From positions 8,943 to 72,942 of the forward strand of contig JAUNDE010000008.1 of NCBI GenBank assembly GCA_030526265.1: a stretch of 64,000 nucleotides of DNA. The letters are read 5' to 3'. Of this stretch, positions 20,782-30,222 are shown one piece after another; the stretch's first letter is position 1, and each line of letters begins with the position of its first letter. Under the pieces are notes generated by a model. It did no database searches, was not told the DNA's origin, and worked only from the letters and a program-made list of their open reading frames with translations. This DNA comes from Eubacteriales bacterium. Its GTDB lineage: Bacteria; Bacillota; Clostridia; Lachnospirales; Lachnospiraceae. Position numbers and translations under genes: made by a program.

Positions 20782-21690
20782 ATGAACTGGTTAGGAATTA
20801 CAGTTTTGGTTATTTTGCTGATAGGTATGATCGTAGGGATTGTCCGGGGAGCAATCAAGATCGCAGTGTCGTTAGTGGCAACGCTGTTGACTTTTGTGAT
20901 TGTGTTCTATGCAACTCCGTATGTGTCAAAGGCGATTACGGAGGTGACACCGATTCAGGATGTTGTTGAGACAAAGATTTCCAATATGATCACGGGGATG
21001 ATGTCCGGTACATCGGAGGATCAGGGAAGCGGATATGGGGATGAAGCGATCATCCGCAGTGCACTTCAGGCGGCGGGTGTGAGTGAAGACGAGCTTGCAG
21101 CGTACGGAATTTCAGTTCGGGATATCGCAGAAGGAAAAGTTGGAGCGGATGAGCTGGCGGGTTATGGAATCTCCAGAAATGTTTTGGATGGCATGAAGAA
21201 TGTAGAGCCTGAAGTGATGGAACAGATTGAAATCCCGAGAGACACTCAGATGATGCTGATAGAGAATGCAGATATTCCAAATATATTTAAAAAGCTGTTG
21301 CTGACAAATAACAATGATTCAGAGTATCAGAAACTGGAAGCTCTTACATTTGCGGATTATATTGCAAAATATATGGCAAAAATAATCGTGAACATTATTG
21401 CATTCTTACTTACACTTGCGGTTGTGACGATCGTGTTCCGTGCAGTTCTGTTCGCGCTGAATGTGATCGAAGACCTCCCGGTGCTTGGACTCATGAACCG
21501 GCTTGCGGGCGGTGTGCTCGGAATCGGCGGATCACTGATCGTTATCTGGGTTATGTTTGTTGTGATCACACTGCTTTATACGACGGATATCGGAGGAGAA
21601 ATATTCACGATGATCAGAGGAAATTCGCTGCTTTCTTTTCTCTATGAAGTGAATCCGATCATGAAACTGGCAACGATCCTCAGAGGCTGA
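20782..21690 (+). CDS. CvpA family membrane protein with a large soluble insert
   Basis: N-terminal TM segments with VGIVRGAIK; C-terminal LPVLGLMNRLAGGVLG typical of CvpA. Confidence 0.75.
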   Translation: MNWLGITVLVILLIGMIVGIVRGAIKIAVSLVATLLTFVIVFYATPYVSKAITEVTPIQDVVETKISNMITGMMSGTSEDQGSGYGDEAIIRSALQAAGVSEDELAAYGISVRDIAEGKVGADELAGYGISRNVLDGMKNVEPEVMEQIEIPRDTQMMLIENADIPNIFKKLLLTNNNDSEYQKLEALTFADYIAKYMAKIIVNIIAFLLTLAVVTIVFRAVLFALNVIEDLPVLGLMNRLAGGVLGIGGSLIVIWVMFVVITLLYTTDIGGEIFTMIRGNSLLSFLYEVNPIMKLATILRG

Positions 21691-21726
21691 TTATTTTGTC
21701 GAAAGAAATTTGGAATAATATGAAAA

Positions 21727-21761
21727 AACCCCTTGCACAATTCAGTGCGAGGGGTTATACT
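21727..21761 (+). promoter_or_regulatory. Sigma-A promoter of tRNA-Asn embedded in an inverted repeat
   Basis: TTGCAC (21733-21738)-17 bp-TATACT (21756-21761); AACCCCTTGCAC/GTGCGAGGGGTT hairpin overlaps it. Confidence 0.7.
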
Positions 21762-21780
21762 AAGCGAGTAAGTTAAATAT

Positions 21781-21853
21781 TCCTCCTTAGCTCAGTCGGT
21801 AGAGCACTCGGCTGTTAACCGAGTTGTCGTTGGTTCAAGTCCAACAGGGGGAG
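21781..21853 (+). tRNA. tRNA-Asn (GTT)
   Basis: Acceptor stem TCCTCCT/AGGGGGA, D arm GCTC/GAGC, anticodon loop CTGTTAA and T loop TTCAAGT; CCA not encoded. Confidence 0.97.
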
Positions 21854-21859
21854 CTTTAG

Positions 21860-21892
21860 AAGCCTGCAGAAGATTTCTTCTGCAGGCTTTTT
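21860..21892 (+). terminator. Intrinsic terminator after tRNA-Asn
   Basis: AAGCCTGCAGAAG-ATTT-CTTCTGCAGGCTT followed by T residues. Confidence 0.85.
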
Positions 21893-22370
21893 CCTTTGAA
21901 CGAATCGTATTTTCAGTCATGATAACAAAATATACAGAGAAGCGTTCAAAGAAAGGGTGGGGGAGTGTGATATCATCAAATCATATTGTAATAATGCTTG
22001 AAAAGCTTGGTATTGCTCCAATTGTAATTGCATCGGAGTTTGATTTCGGTAATCTGTGCGGATGAAGACCTGCGGGGACTTCGCGGAGCCATGGAAGAAT
22101 CAGGCGTTTCAATTACGAATCTGGAAGTAGAAGATAAAGGTATTTACAAAGATGTGGATAATTACCGAAAAATGGCAATCGAGGTGCAGGAATATACAGA
22201 AGAGACATTCCGAAAATAATTTTAACATGGTTTTCGTGCATAAATGAGCAATTGCTTTACTGATAAAGGAAGTATACAATATGAAGAAAAGCAATGTAAG
22301 AAATTTTTATTTAGAGTCCGGTGGAAAAAACTATAATTGTATGTAGAAAAGGCACGAGGAGGAAAAACAT

Positions 22371-23402
22371 ATGAAATTAATCAGAACTGAAGATGCTGAG
22401 GGGCATGTGCTGTGTCATGACATTACCCAGATTATCAAAGGTGTTACGAAGGATGCCGTATTTCGCAAGGGGCATGTCGTGACCAAAGAGGATATTCCGG
22501 TTCTGTTATCCGTGGGTAAAGAGCATCTCTATGTGTGGGAGAAGAAAGAGGGGATGCTTCACGAGAATGAGGCAGCTGAGATTCTTCAGGAGATCTGTCA
22601 GGGTAAGAATCTTCATCCGTCAGAGGTAAAAGAAGGAAAAATTGAGCTGATTGCCGACTGCGACGGTGTGCTGAAGGTCGATGGAGAGAAGCTTCGGAAA
22701 ATCAATTCTCTGGGCGAGATGATGATTGCCAGCAGGCATGGCAATTTCCCGGTGAAAAAGGGAGACAAGATTGCCGGAACCAGAGTGATTCCGTTAGTTA
22801 TATCTGAAGAAAAGATGAAGAAGGCCAAAGAAACAGCAGGGGAAAAGCCAATCTTTAAGGTGGTTCCTTACATGCAAAAGAAAGTCGGGATCGTAACTAC
22901 GGGAAGCGAAGTGTATCACAATCGGATCGAGGATACTTTTACACCCGTGATCGAGCAGAAACTGTCAGAGTTCCCTGTGGAAATCTGTGGACATGAAATC
23001 TGCGATGATGACCCGGGAATGATTACAGCAGCGATCCATGATCTTCTGAAGAGAGGCTGTAATATGATCATCTGTACCGGCGGAATGAGTGTGGATCCGG
23101 ATGACAGAACACCTCTTGCAATTAGAACTGTTGCTACGGAGGTCGTGAGTTACGGTGCGCCGGTGCTTCCGGGAGCAATGTTCTTATTAGCTTATTATGG
23201 TGGTGACTTACCGATTATGGGTCTTCCGGGATGTGTGATGTATGCAAAAAGGACGATTTTTGACCTGGTCCTTCCGCGGATCATGACAGGAGAGGTGCTT
23301 ACAGAAGAAGACCTGAACGGGTTGGGAGAAGGCGGACTATGCCTGAATTGTCCGGCTTGTACATTTCCGAATTGTGGATTCGGCAAAAGTGGAAGCAAAT
23401 AG
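22371..23402 (+). CDS. MoeA-like molybdopterin-binding protein with a C-terminal four-Cys cluster
   Basis: GIVTTGSEVY, ICTGGMSVDPDDRTP.AI, YGAPVLPGAMF and MGLPGC; ends CLNCPACTFPNCGFG. Confidence 0.8.
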   Translation: MKLIRTEDAEGHVLCHDITQIIKGVTKDAVFRKGHVVTKEDIPVLLSVGKEHLYVWEKKEGMLHENEAAEILQEICQGKNLHPSEVKEGKIELIADCDGVLKVDGEKLRKINSLGEMMIASRHGNFPVKKGDKIAGTRVIPLVISEEKMKKAKETAGEKPIFKVVPYMQKKVGIVTTGSEVYHNRIEDTFTPVIEQKLSEFPVEICGHEICDDDPGMITAAIHDLLKRGCNMIICTGGMSVDPDDRTPLAIRTVATEVVSYGAPVLPGAMFLLAYYGGDLPIMGLPGCVMYAKRTIFDLVLPRIMTGEVLTEEDLNGLGEGGLCLNCPACTFPNCGFGKSGSK

Positions 23403-23430
23403 GTATTTCATAAGAGAAGTTGGAGGAAAA

Positions 23431-24462
23431 ATGTACGGATTATTTGATGCGATTGAGAATTGTGAATCTGGCTCCGCAAATCTGGTGGTGACGGTACTGG
23501 AAGGAGAACATCTGGGAGAAAAGGCACTGTTTTCTGACGGGAAACTTGTCTGGCAGAATCATGAACATGGATTTTTCTCTGAAAACAGAGAGAAGGTCTC
23601 CTCTTTCACTGAGAGCGGTGTCGTAGAGATCGACGGAATCCGGGTGTTTTGTGATACTTTAGGACAGGAAAAGAGGATCGTTATCTGTGGCGGAGGTCAT
23701 GTGTCGATACCGGTGATCAAGATTGGCGTTATGATGGGATACGATGTGACGGTGTTGGAAGATCGCCCTAAATTTGCAGATAATGCGAGAGGAGCCGGGG
23801 CTGCCCATGTCATCTGTGAACCTTTCGAAGATGGTCTTGATAAGGTAGAAGGAAGTACGGATACATATTTTGTGATCCTGACGAGAGGTCACCGGTATGA
23901 TCAGGTGTGTCTGGAAAAGATTGCAAAGAAGGAGCATGCGTATATCGGAATGATCGGAAGCAGGCGGAGAGTTGCGCTGGTAAAACAGAATCTGATTGAA
24001 AACGGAAGCGATAAAGAGGTCCTGGATGCGGTGTATACCCCGATCGGGCTGGATATCGGAGCGGAGACACCGGCTGAGATCGCAGTGGCGATTATGGCTG
24101 AGATCATAGAGGTGAAAAACAAAAAGAAGAGTACGTGTGGATATTCCAGAGAAATAATACGGGCGATTATGGATCCGGACAAATATCCGGGGAAAAAGGT
24201 GATGGCAACGATTGTTTCCAGAAAGGGCTCGGCACCGCAGGGAATCGGCGTTAAAATGCTCGTTCTTTCAGACGGAAGATGTATTGGAACCATTGGCGGC
24301 GGATGTATGGAAGCGGCAGTTTTGCGGAAGGCTCTTTTTATGATAAGGACAGACGAGCCGGAGGCGAGACTGTGTAACGTTGATCTGACGGGCGAGGCTG
24401 CTGAGTATGAAGGTATGGTATGCGGAGGCACGGTTGATGTGCTGCTTGAAAAGATCAGATAG
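23431..24462 (+). CDS. XdhC/CoxI family molybdoenzyme maturation factor
   Basis: ICGGGHVS, LTRGHRYD, YIGMIGSRRR, PIGLDIGAETPAEIAVAI and a C-terminal GSAP..G.KM...GTIGGGC...CGG domain. Start at ATG 23431 after GGAGG. Confidence 0.88.
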   Translation: MYGLFDAIENCESGSANLVVTVLEGEHLGEKALFSDGKLVWQNHEHGFFSENREKVSSFTESGVVEIDGIRVFCDTLGQEKRIVICGGGHVSIPVIKIGVMMGYDVTVLEDRPKFADNARGAGAAHVICEPFEDGLDKVEGSTDTYFVILTRGHRYDQVCLEKIAKKEHAYIGMIGSRRRVALVKQNLIENGSDKEVLDAVYTPIGLDIGAETPAEIAVAIMAEIIEVKNKKKSTCGYSREIIRAIMDPDKYPGKKVMATIVSRKGSAPQGIGVKMLVLSDGRCIGTIGGGCMEAAVLRKALFMIRTDEPEARLCNVDLTGEAAEYEGMVCGGTVDVLLEKIR

Positions 24463-24476
24463 AAGGAGGAGATGGC

Positions 24477-25442
24477 ATGAAGGATATGCGGGGAAGAACG
24501 ATAGACTACATGCGGATATCCATTACGGACCGCTGTAATCTTCGATGCAAATACTGCATGCCGGATGGAATTCAAAATGTGTCTATGGATGAAATCCTGA
24601 CATATGAGGAAATTGTGGCTGTCTGCATGGAAGCGGCAGCACTGGGCATCCGAAAATTCAAGATTACCGGAGGAGAACCGCTGGTTCGAAAAGGCTGTTC
24701 GGAACTGATTCGACAGATAAAACAGATACCGGGGGTGGAGCAGGTTACGATGACGACCAATGGAATTCTGTTAAAAAAGAATCTGGAATCACTTCTTGCA
24801 TCCGGACTCGATGCAGTAAATATCAGTCTGGATACGCTGGATACGAAACGGTTCCGGGAAATTACAGGATTTGACAGGCTGGATGAGGTTCTTGCATCCA
24901 TTGATGCAGCGGCGGAGAGCGGACTGAAGGTAAAGATCAACAGTGTACTTCAGTCAGGGCTAAATGACGGGGAGTGGAATCAGCTTCTGAAACTGGCAAA
25001 AAGTAAGAATATTGATGTACGTTTCATCGAGATGATGCCAATTGGTGACGGAAAGCAGTGCAGACCGGTATCGAATCAGGAGATTCTTGGAAAGATTGAA
25101 CAGGAATATCCAGGTGTGGAAAAGGATGAGAGTATTCACGGAAATGGTCCGGCAGTGTATTACCGCATTCCCGGTTTTGTGGGAAGCGCAGGATTTATCA
25201 GCCCAATTCATGGAGTATTTTGCGACAGATGTAACCGGATCCGAATGACGGCGACCGGAGAGCTGAAACCCTGTCTGTGTTATCAGGATGCGTTTTCCGT
25301 GCGGGAAATGGTCAGAGCCGGAAGAACAGATGAGGTGAGAAATATTATCAGTAAAGTAATACTGATGAAGCCGGAGAGGCATTGCTTTGAGCAGAAAAAG
25401 GATGTTACAGAATCAAGGAAGATGGTTCAGATCGGAGGATAG
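24477..25442 (+). CDS. moaA: GTP 3',8-cyclase MoaA
   Basis: RISITDRCNLRCKYCMP (radical SAM), KITGGEPLVR and C-terminal FCDRCNRIR...LKPCL...GG. Confidence 0.96.
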   Translation: MKDMRGRTIDYMRISITDRCNLRCKYCMPDGIQNVSMDEILTYEEIVAVCMEAAALGIRKFKITGGEPLVRKGCSELIRQIKQIPGVEQVTMTTNGILLKKNLESLLASGLDAVNISLDTLDTKRFREITGFDRLDEVLASIDAAAESGLKVKINSVLQSGLNDGEWNQLLKLAKSKNIDVRFIEMMPIGDGKQCRPVSNQEILGKIEQEYPGVEKDESIHGNGPAVYYRIPGFVGSAGFISPIHGVFCDRCNRIRMTATGELKPCLCYQDAFSVREMVRAGRTDEVRNIISKVILMKPERHCFEQKKDVTESRKMVQIGG

Positions 25443-25446
25443 ATAA

Positions 25447-26382
25447 GTGGAAGGAAAAGTAGTTGGGATCTGTATCAGCGAAAAGAGAGGAACGCAGAAG
25501 ACAGAGATCGCGGAAGCAGATATCGTAAAAGGATGGGGAATTGAAGGAGATGCCCATGGTGGTAAATGGCACCGGCAGGTGAGCCTTCTGTCATTTGAAA
25601 AGATTGAAGATTTTCGTGCCAAAGGTGCCGATGTGAAGTTCGGGGCATTTGGGGAGAATCTGATCATGGAAGGATTTGACCTTAGAAGGCTTCCGGTGGG
25701 AACCAGATTTCGTATCGGGGATGTGATACTGGAGCTTACTCAGATCGGAAAAGAATGTCACAGCCATTGTGAAATATATAAGAAAATGGGCGATTGTATC
25801 ATGCCTAGGGAAGGTGTATTTACAGAGGTGATAGCAGGTGGTCATATCCGGGTCGGGGATCTTGTTCAGATAATAGAACCGGAGAAAAATCGACCATTTA
25901 CAGCAGCAGTCATTACACTAAGTGATAAAGGGGCTGCCGGGCAGAGAGAGGATAAGAGCGGACCGAAGATTGTGGAAATGGCAGCGCAGGCCGGATATGA
26001 TGTAAAGGAGTCGCTTCTTCTTCCGGATGGAAGAGGAGCGCTTGAGAGGCAGCTGATCCGGTTGGCAGACCAGCGGCAGATCAATGTGATTTTTACCACT
26101 GGAGGAACCGGATTTTCGCAGAGAGATGTGACGCCGGAGGCGACGATTGCAGTGTGTGACCGGATGGCGAACGGAATCGCAGACGCGATCCGAAATTACT
26201 CCATGACGATTACACCTCGTGCCATGTTCAGCCGGGCAGTGTCCGGTATCCGGGGGAAGACCCTGATCATCAATCTGCCGGGAAGTCCGAAGGCCGTACA
26301 GGAAGCGCTGGAATTTCTGCTTCCGCAGCTGGAACATGGTCTTGGAATACTCCGGGGAAGCGAGGGAGAATGTGCCAGATAA
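25447..26382 (+). CDS. MOSC domain-MogA (molybdopterin adenylyltransferase) fusion
   Basis: N-terminal GIEGDAH...RQVSLL...FGENL...TQIGKECH...CIMPREG (MOSC); C-terminal ITLSD...REDKSGP...TTGGTG..RDVTPEAT...INLPGSPKA (MogA/MoaB). GTG start. Confidence 0.88.
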   Translation: MEGKVVGICISEKRGTQKTEIAEADIVKGWGIEGDAHGGKWHRQVSLLSFEKIEDFRAKGADVKFGAFGENLIMEGFDLRRLPVGTRFRIGDVILELTQIGKECHSHCEIYKKMGDCIMPREGVFTEVIAGGHIRVGDLVQIIEPEKNRPFTAAVITLSDKGAAGQREDKSGPKIVEMAAQAGYDVKESLLLPDGRGALERQLIRLADQRQINVIFTTGGTGFSQRDVTPEATIAVCDRMANGIADAIRNYSMTITPRAMFSRAVSGIRGKTLIINLPGSPKAVQEALEFLLPQLEHGLGILRGSEGECAR

Positions 26383-26476
26383 TCATGGTACTTTCTTCGG
26401 AAGCGTTCGATTTTTAAAAATAGTACGATTATTAAATGAAAAACTACATAGTCAAAAGAAAAAAAGGAGAAGAATT

Positions 26477-27367
26477 ATGAAAAAGAGATTTTTAGCATCA
26501 ATGTTTGCAGCAGTTCTGGTACTTGGAATGATGGGATGTGGAAATAACGCGTCTGAGGAAAGCAGCGAGCCAGAGGCTGCGGAAGAGACAACTGAGGAAA
26601 CAGATCAGTTTGATGATACAACGGTGACCATATTTGCGGCAAAGAGTTTGAATGGTGTGGTGGATGAGCTGATTTCAATGTATAATGAAACACAGCCGAA
26701 TGTGGAGATTGTTACAAGCTATGACAGTTCCGGAACACTGATGGAGCAGATCGAGGAAGGAGCGGCCTGTGACGTTTTCTTCTCAGCAGCTCAGAAACAG
26801 ATGGATCAGCTGGAAACAGACGAACTGGTGGTAGATGGAACCAGAGCAAATGTAGTGAACAATCAGGTATGCGTGGTTACCTATAAAGACAGCGGCACAG
26901 GTGTGACCGGTCTTGAGAATATCGCAGACGCAGAGAGCTTTGCACTGGCAGACGGAAGTGTTCCGGTCGGAAAATACACCCGTCAGGCTATGGTAAATGT
27001 AGGCATGCTTCCGGAAGTCGAGGATGTATCTGTCATTACAACACAGGAAGTTTCCGATGCGCTGAGTGGAATCGAGATTAATGAATGTGCGAATGTCGGC
27101 GCTGTTACTGCAGCAGTTGCAGAAGGATCCAATGAAGTCGGTACGGTATATAAATCAGATACATATGGTCTTGAGGATCAGCTTGAGATTCTGGAAATCG
27201 TAAGCTATGATCTGACCGGCAATGTGATTTATCCAATCGCTCAGATCGTAAATGAGGAAGCAGATGATCTTCAGAAAGAAGCAGCACTTGATTTTATCAG
27301 ATTCCTGACATCAGACGCTGCGAAGGAAGTATACGAGAAATATTATTTTGACACAGACGTAGAATAA
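26477..27367 (+). CDS. modA: Molybdate ABC transporter substrate-binding lipoprotein
   Basis: Lipobox LGMMGC; FAAKSL, SYDSSGTL, FFSAA, VPVGKY and VYKSD. Start at ATG 26477 after AGGAGA. Confidence 0.92.
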   Translation: MKKRFLASMFAAVLVLGMMGCGNNASEESSEPEAAEETTEETDQFDDTTVTIFAAKSLNGVVDELISMYNETQPNVEIVTSYDSSGTLMEQIEEGAACDVFFSAAQKQMDQLETDELVVDGTRANVVNNQVCVVTYKDSGTGVTGLENIADAESFALADGSVPVGKYTRQAMVNVGMLPEVEDVSVITTQEVSDALSGIEINECANVGAVTAAVAEGSNEVGTVYKSDTYGLEDQLEILEIVSYDLTGNVIYPIAQIVNEEADDLQKEAALDFIRFLTSDAAKEVYEKYYFDTDVE

Positions 27368-27381
27368 TCAGGAGGAACATT

Positions 27382-28086
27382 ATGGAAGAGATTATGGAAA
27401 TACTGAAAGAACTGGACTGGAGTCCGTTACTCATATCGCTTAAGACAGGGGTGGTGGCAACCATAATCTCTTTCTTTCTTGGGATATTTGCGGCGAGAAA
27501 GGTGATTAAGGCGGGACCGAAAGTAAAGGCAGTGGCAGATGGTATTCTGACGCTGCCAATGGTGCTGCCGCCTACAGTTGCGGGATTTTTTCTGCTTCTT
27601 CTGTTCAGCCGCAGAAGACCGCTTGGTATATATTTATATGAAAATTTTGATATTAAAGTGGTACAGACCTGGCTTGGCTGCATCATCGCAGCCACAGTCA
27701 TTGCATTTCCGTTGATGTACCGCAATGCCAGGGCGGCATTTGAGCAGGTTGATGTGAATCTTATTTATGCGGGTAGAACGCTTGGAATGAGCGAAACGGC
27801 TATTTTCTGGAAAGTTGTTGTGCCGACAGCAGGACCGGGAATCATATCGGGCACGATTCTTACGTTTGCCAGAGCCATGGGTGAATATGGAGCCACATCC
27901 ATGCTGGCAGGCAACATTCCGGGAAAGACAGGAACGATTTCCCAGAGAATAGCGATGGTCATACAGGACGGAGATTACCTGACCGCAGGTGTGTGGGTTA
28001 TCATCGTGATGCTGATTGCATTTGTGGTGATCTTTCTGATGAACCTGATTTCAGGTAAGAAGATGAAACAGGTAAAACGCTGGTAA
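27382..28086 (+). CDS. modB: Molybdate ABC transporter permease
   Basis: LPMVLPPTVAGF, FPLMYR and FARAMGEYGAT. Confidence 0.94.
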   Translation: MEEIMEILKELDWSPLLISLKTGVVATIISFFLGIFAARKVIKAGPKVKAVADGILTLPMVLPPTVAGFFLLLLFSRRRPLGIYLYENFDIKVVQTWLGCIIAATVIAFPLMYRNARAAFEQVDVNLIYAGRTLGMSETAIFWKVVVPTAGPGIISGTILTFARAMGEYGATSMLAGNIPGKTGTISQRIAMVIQDGDYLTAGVWVIIVMLIAFVVIFLMNLISGKKMKQVKRW

Positions 28087-28100
28087 GATAAAGGAGAAGA

Positions 28101-28598
28101 ATGGATATGGGAGAATTTACACATTTTAACAGGCAGGGTGAGGCCATCATGGTGGATGTCAGTGATAAAAAGGATACTGTAAGAGAGGCGATTGCGTCCG
28201 GAACGATCCGCATGTCAGAGGAATGCTATCTTCTGGTGAAAGATGGCGGTATGAAGAAAGGGGATGTGCCTGGGGTTGCCCGGATCGCCGGAATCATGGG
28301 TGCCAAGAAGACTTCGGAATTGATCCCGCTTTGTCACATCCTGAACTTAAGTAAAGTAGAGGTTGATTTTATCTTCCATGATGAAATCTGTGGAATCGAG
28401 GCCAGGTGTACGGCAAAGACGACGGGTAAGACCGGTGTGGAGATGGAAGCGCTGACCGGTGTAAGCGTGACGCTGCTTACCATTTACGATATGTGCAAGG
28501 CTGTGGATAAGGGAATGGAGATCGGAGAGATAAAATTGCTTCGCAAATCCGGCGGAAAGAGCGGATTGTGGGAACGGGGACAGACGTATGGCGATTAA
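28101..28598 (+). CDS. moaC: Cyclic pyranopterin monophosphate synthase MoaC
   Basis: [34 protein letters not shown] and KSGGKSG. Confidence 0.96.
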   Translation: MDMGEFTHFNRQGEAIMVDVSDKKDTVREAIASGTIRMSEECYLLVKDGGMKKGDVPGVARIAGIMGAKKTSELIPLCHILNLSKVEVDFIFHDEICGIEARCTAKTTGKTGVEMEALTGVSVTLLTIYDMCKAVDKGMEIGEIKLLRKSGGKSGLWERGQTYGD

Positions 28599-29658
28599 GG
28601 TAAGAATTGAGAAATCTGTGGGAAGGTTTAAGCTCGATGTGGGATTTCAGACGGAGAGCAGGCGAATCGGTATTCTGGGAGCATCCGGCTGCGGGAAAAG
28701 CATGACATTGAAGTGCATTGCCGGAATCGAAACGCCGGATCAGGGCAGTATTGTGATTGATGAACGTGTATTATATGACCGGAATGTCAATATCAAACCC
28801 CAGAAACGAAAGGTGGGTTACCTGTTCCAGAATTATGCACTGTTTCCCACAATGACTGTTGAGGATAACATCGGAGCAGGCCTTAAGGGGAAAAAAGAAG
28901 AGAAAAAGCAGATGATCAGTAAAATGATCGAAAAGTTCCGCCTGGAAGGGTTAAGAGATCGTTTGCCGGGAGAATTGTCAGGAGGGCAGCAGCAGAGAGT
29001 GGCGCTGGCAAGGATCATGGCATATGAGCCGGAGGTGATTCTTCTGGACGAGCCCTTTTCCGCGTTGGATGAATTTTTAAAGGATCGTTTGCAGCAGGAA
29101 TTGATGCAGATGCTTGAGGACTATGGTGGTACGGTAATTCTGGTATCTCACAGCCGGGATGAAATATACAGGTTCAGTGAAGAACTTATTATCATGGATG
29201 AGGGGAAAACCATCTGTCAGGGAAAGACAAAGGAAATCTTTGCTAATCCAGAATGGAAAGAAGCGGCAAGGCTGACCGGATGTAAGAATATCACAGAGGC
29301 GAAGCGTATAGACAGGCATCATGTGAGCGTGCCTGCATGGGGAGTTACGCTTATATTGCGGAAAGAAGTTCCTGAAGGTCTGCATTGGATCGGAGTCAGG
29401 GCGCATGATTTCATTCCAATATGGAAAAAGGCAGGAGAAGAAAAGCTGCAGAGGGATGAATCATCAGAAAATCGGATTCTGTTAGTGACAGACAGCGTGG
29501 CAGAGCTACCGTTTGAGAAAAAGTATTTTCTGAAGACAGCGTATGAAACAGAGCATATCTGCTGGTTTGTACAGCGAGAGCAATGGGATCTGCTGGATGA
29601 AAGGGGAATGCCGGACTATCTGGAGATTCCTGAAGAAAAAATTTTGTTGTTACAGTAA
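28588..29658 (+). CDS. modC: Molybdate ABC transporter ATP-binding protein
   Basis: [31 protein letters not shown] and VSH; in operon with modAB. Confidence 0.9.
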   Translation: MAIKVRIEKSVGRFKLDVGFQTESRRIGILGASGCGKSMTLKCIAGIETPDQGSIVIDERVLYDRNVNIKPQKRKVGYLFQNYALFPTMTVEDNIGAGLKGKKEEKKQMISKMIEKFRLEGLRDRLPGELSGGQQQRVALARIMAYEPEVILLDEPFSALDEFLKDRLQQELMQMLEDYGGTVILVSHSRDEIYRFSEELIIMDEGKTICQGKTKEIFANPEWKEAARLTGCKNITEAKRIDRHHVSVPAWGVTLILRKEVPEGLHWIGVRAHDFIPIWKKAGEEKLQRDESSENRILLVTDSVAELPFEKKYFLKTAYETEHICWFVQREQWDLLDERGMPDYLEIPEEKILLLQ

Positions 29659-29673
29659 TGGTATGGTCATATA

Positions 29674-29710
29674 AAATGCGGCAAGGAGATGGATTCTCTT
29701 TGCCGCATTT
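29674..29710. terminator. Bidirectional terminator between modC and the cupin gene
   Basis: AAATGCGGCAAGGAGA/TCTCTTTGCCGCATTT stem. Confidence 0.75.
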
Positions 29711-29734
29711 GAGTTATTCTAAGCAAAGATATTG

Positions 29735-30058
29735 TTAAAAGGAAACAGTAAGCTGCATCTTGAACTGCTCTTCTCCATACACCGCATGAGGGATATCTTT
29801 CGGCATAATAAGAGTTTCTCCCTCATTCAAAATAAACACTTCTCCACCCACAGTAAATCTGCCTGTACCTTCCAGCACGGTAACCATGGCATCACCACCG
29901 GACGCATGAGTCGAAATTTCTTCGCCTTTGTCAAAGGAAAAAATCGTCACACTCATCTTGTCGTTCTGTACCAGTGTTTTGCTGACTACCTGGCCTTCCT
30001 GATAATTCACTAAATCTTTCAGTTTCAAACATACCTGTTTTTCAATGTTTTTATACAT
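29735..30058 (-). CDS. Cupin domain protein
   Basis: QVVSKTL, FSFDKGEEISTHASGGDAMV.VLEG and IMPKDIPHAV cupin motifs; GGAGG RBS. Confidence 0.85.
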   Translation of the reverse strand: MYKNIEKQVCLKLKDLVNYQEGQVVSKTLVQNDKMSVTIFSFDKGEEISTHASGGDAMVTVLEGTGRFTVGGEVFILNEGETLIMPKDIPHAVYGEEQFKMQLTVSF

Positions 30059-30222
30059 GCGAATACCTCCGTCATATTTCGTTTATCATTATTATTTTCC
30101 AATATCTTGAAAATAATTTCAATCTTATTTTTATATCTGATTAACATCCATTTTCCTTGTCGGATACCATGAAAAAGGTATATAATTTCCATAGGATATA
30201 ACATACAGAAGGCGATAGGGAT

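Noticed and set aside
22220-22370. Moco/Wco riboswitch or ModE box upstream of the Moco operon
   Set aside because: The region is AT-rich with no recognisable riboswitch stems and no CGTTATATA-type ModE repeat.
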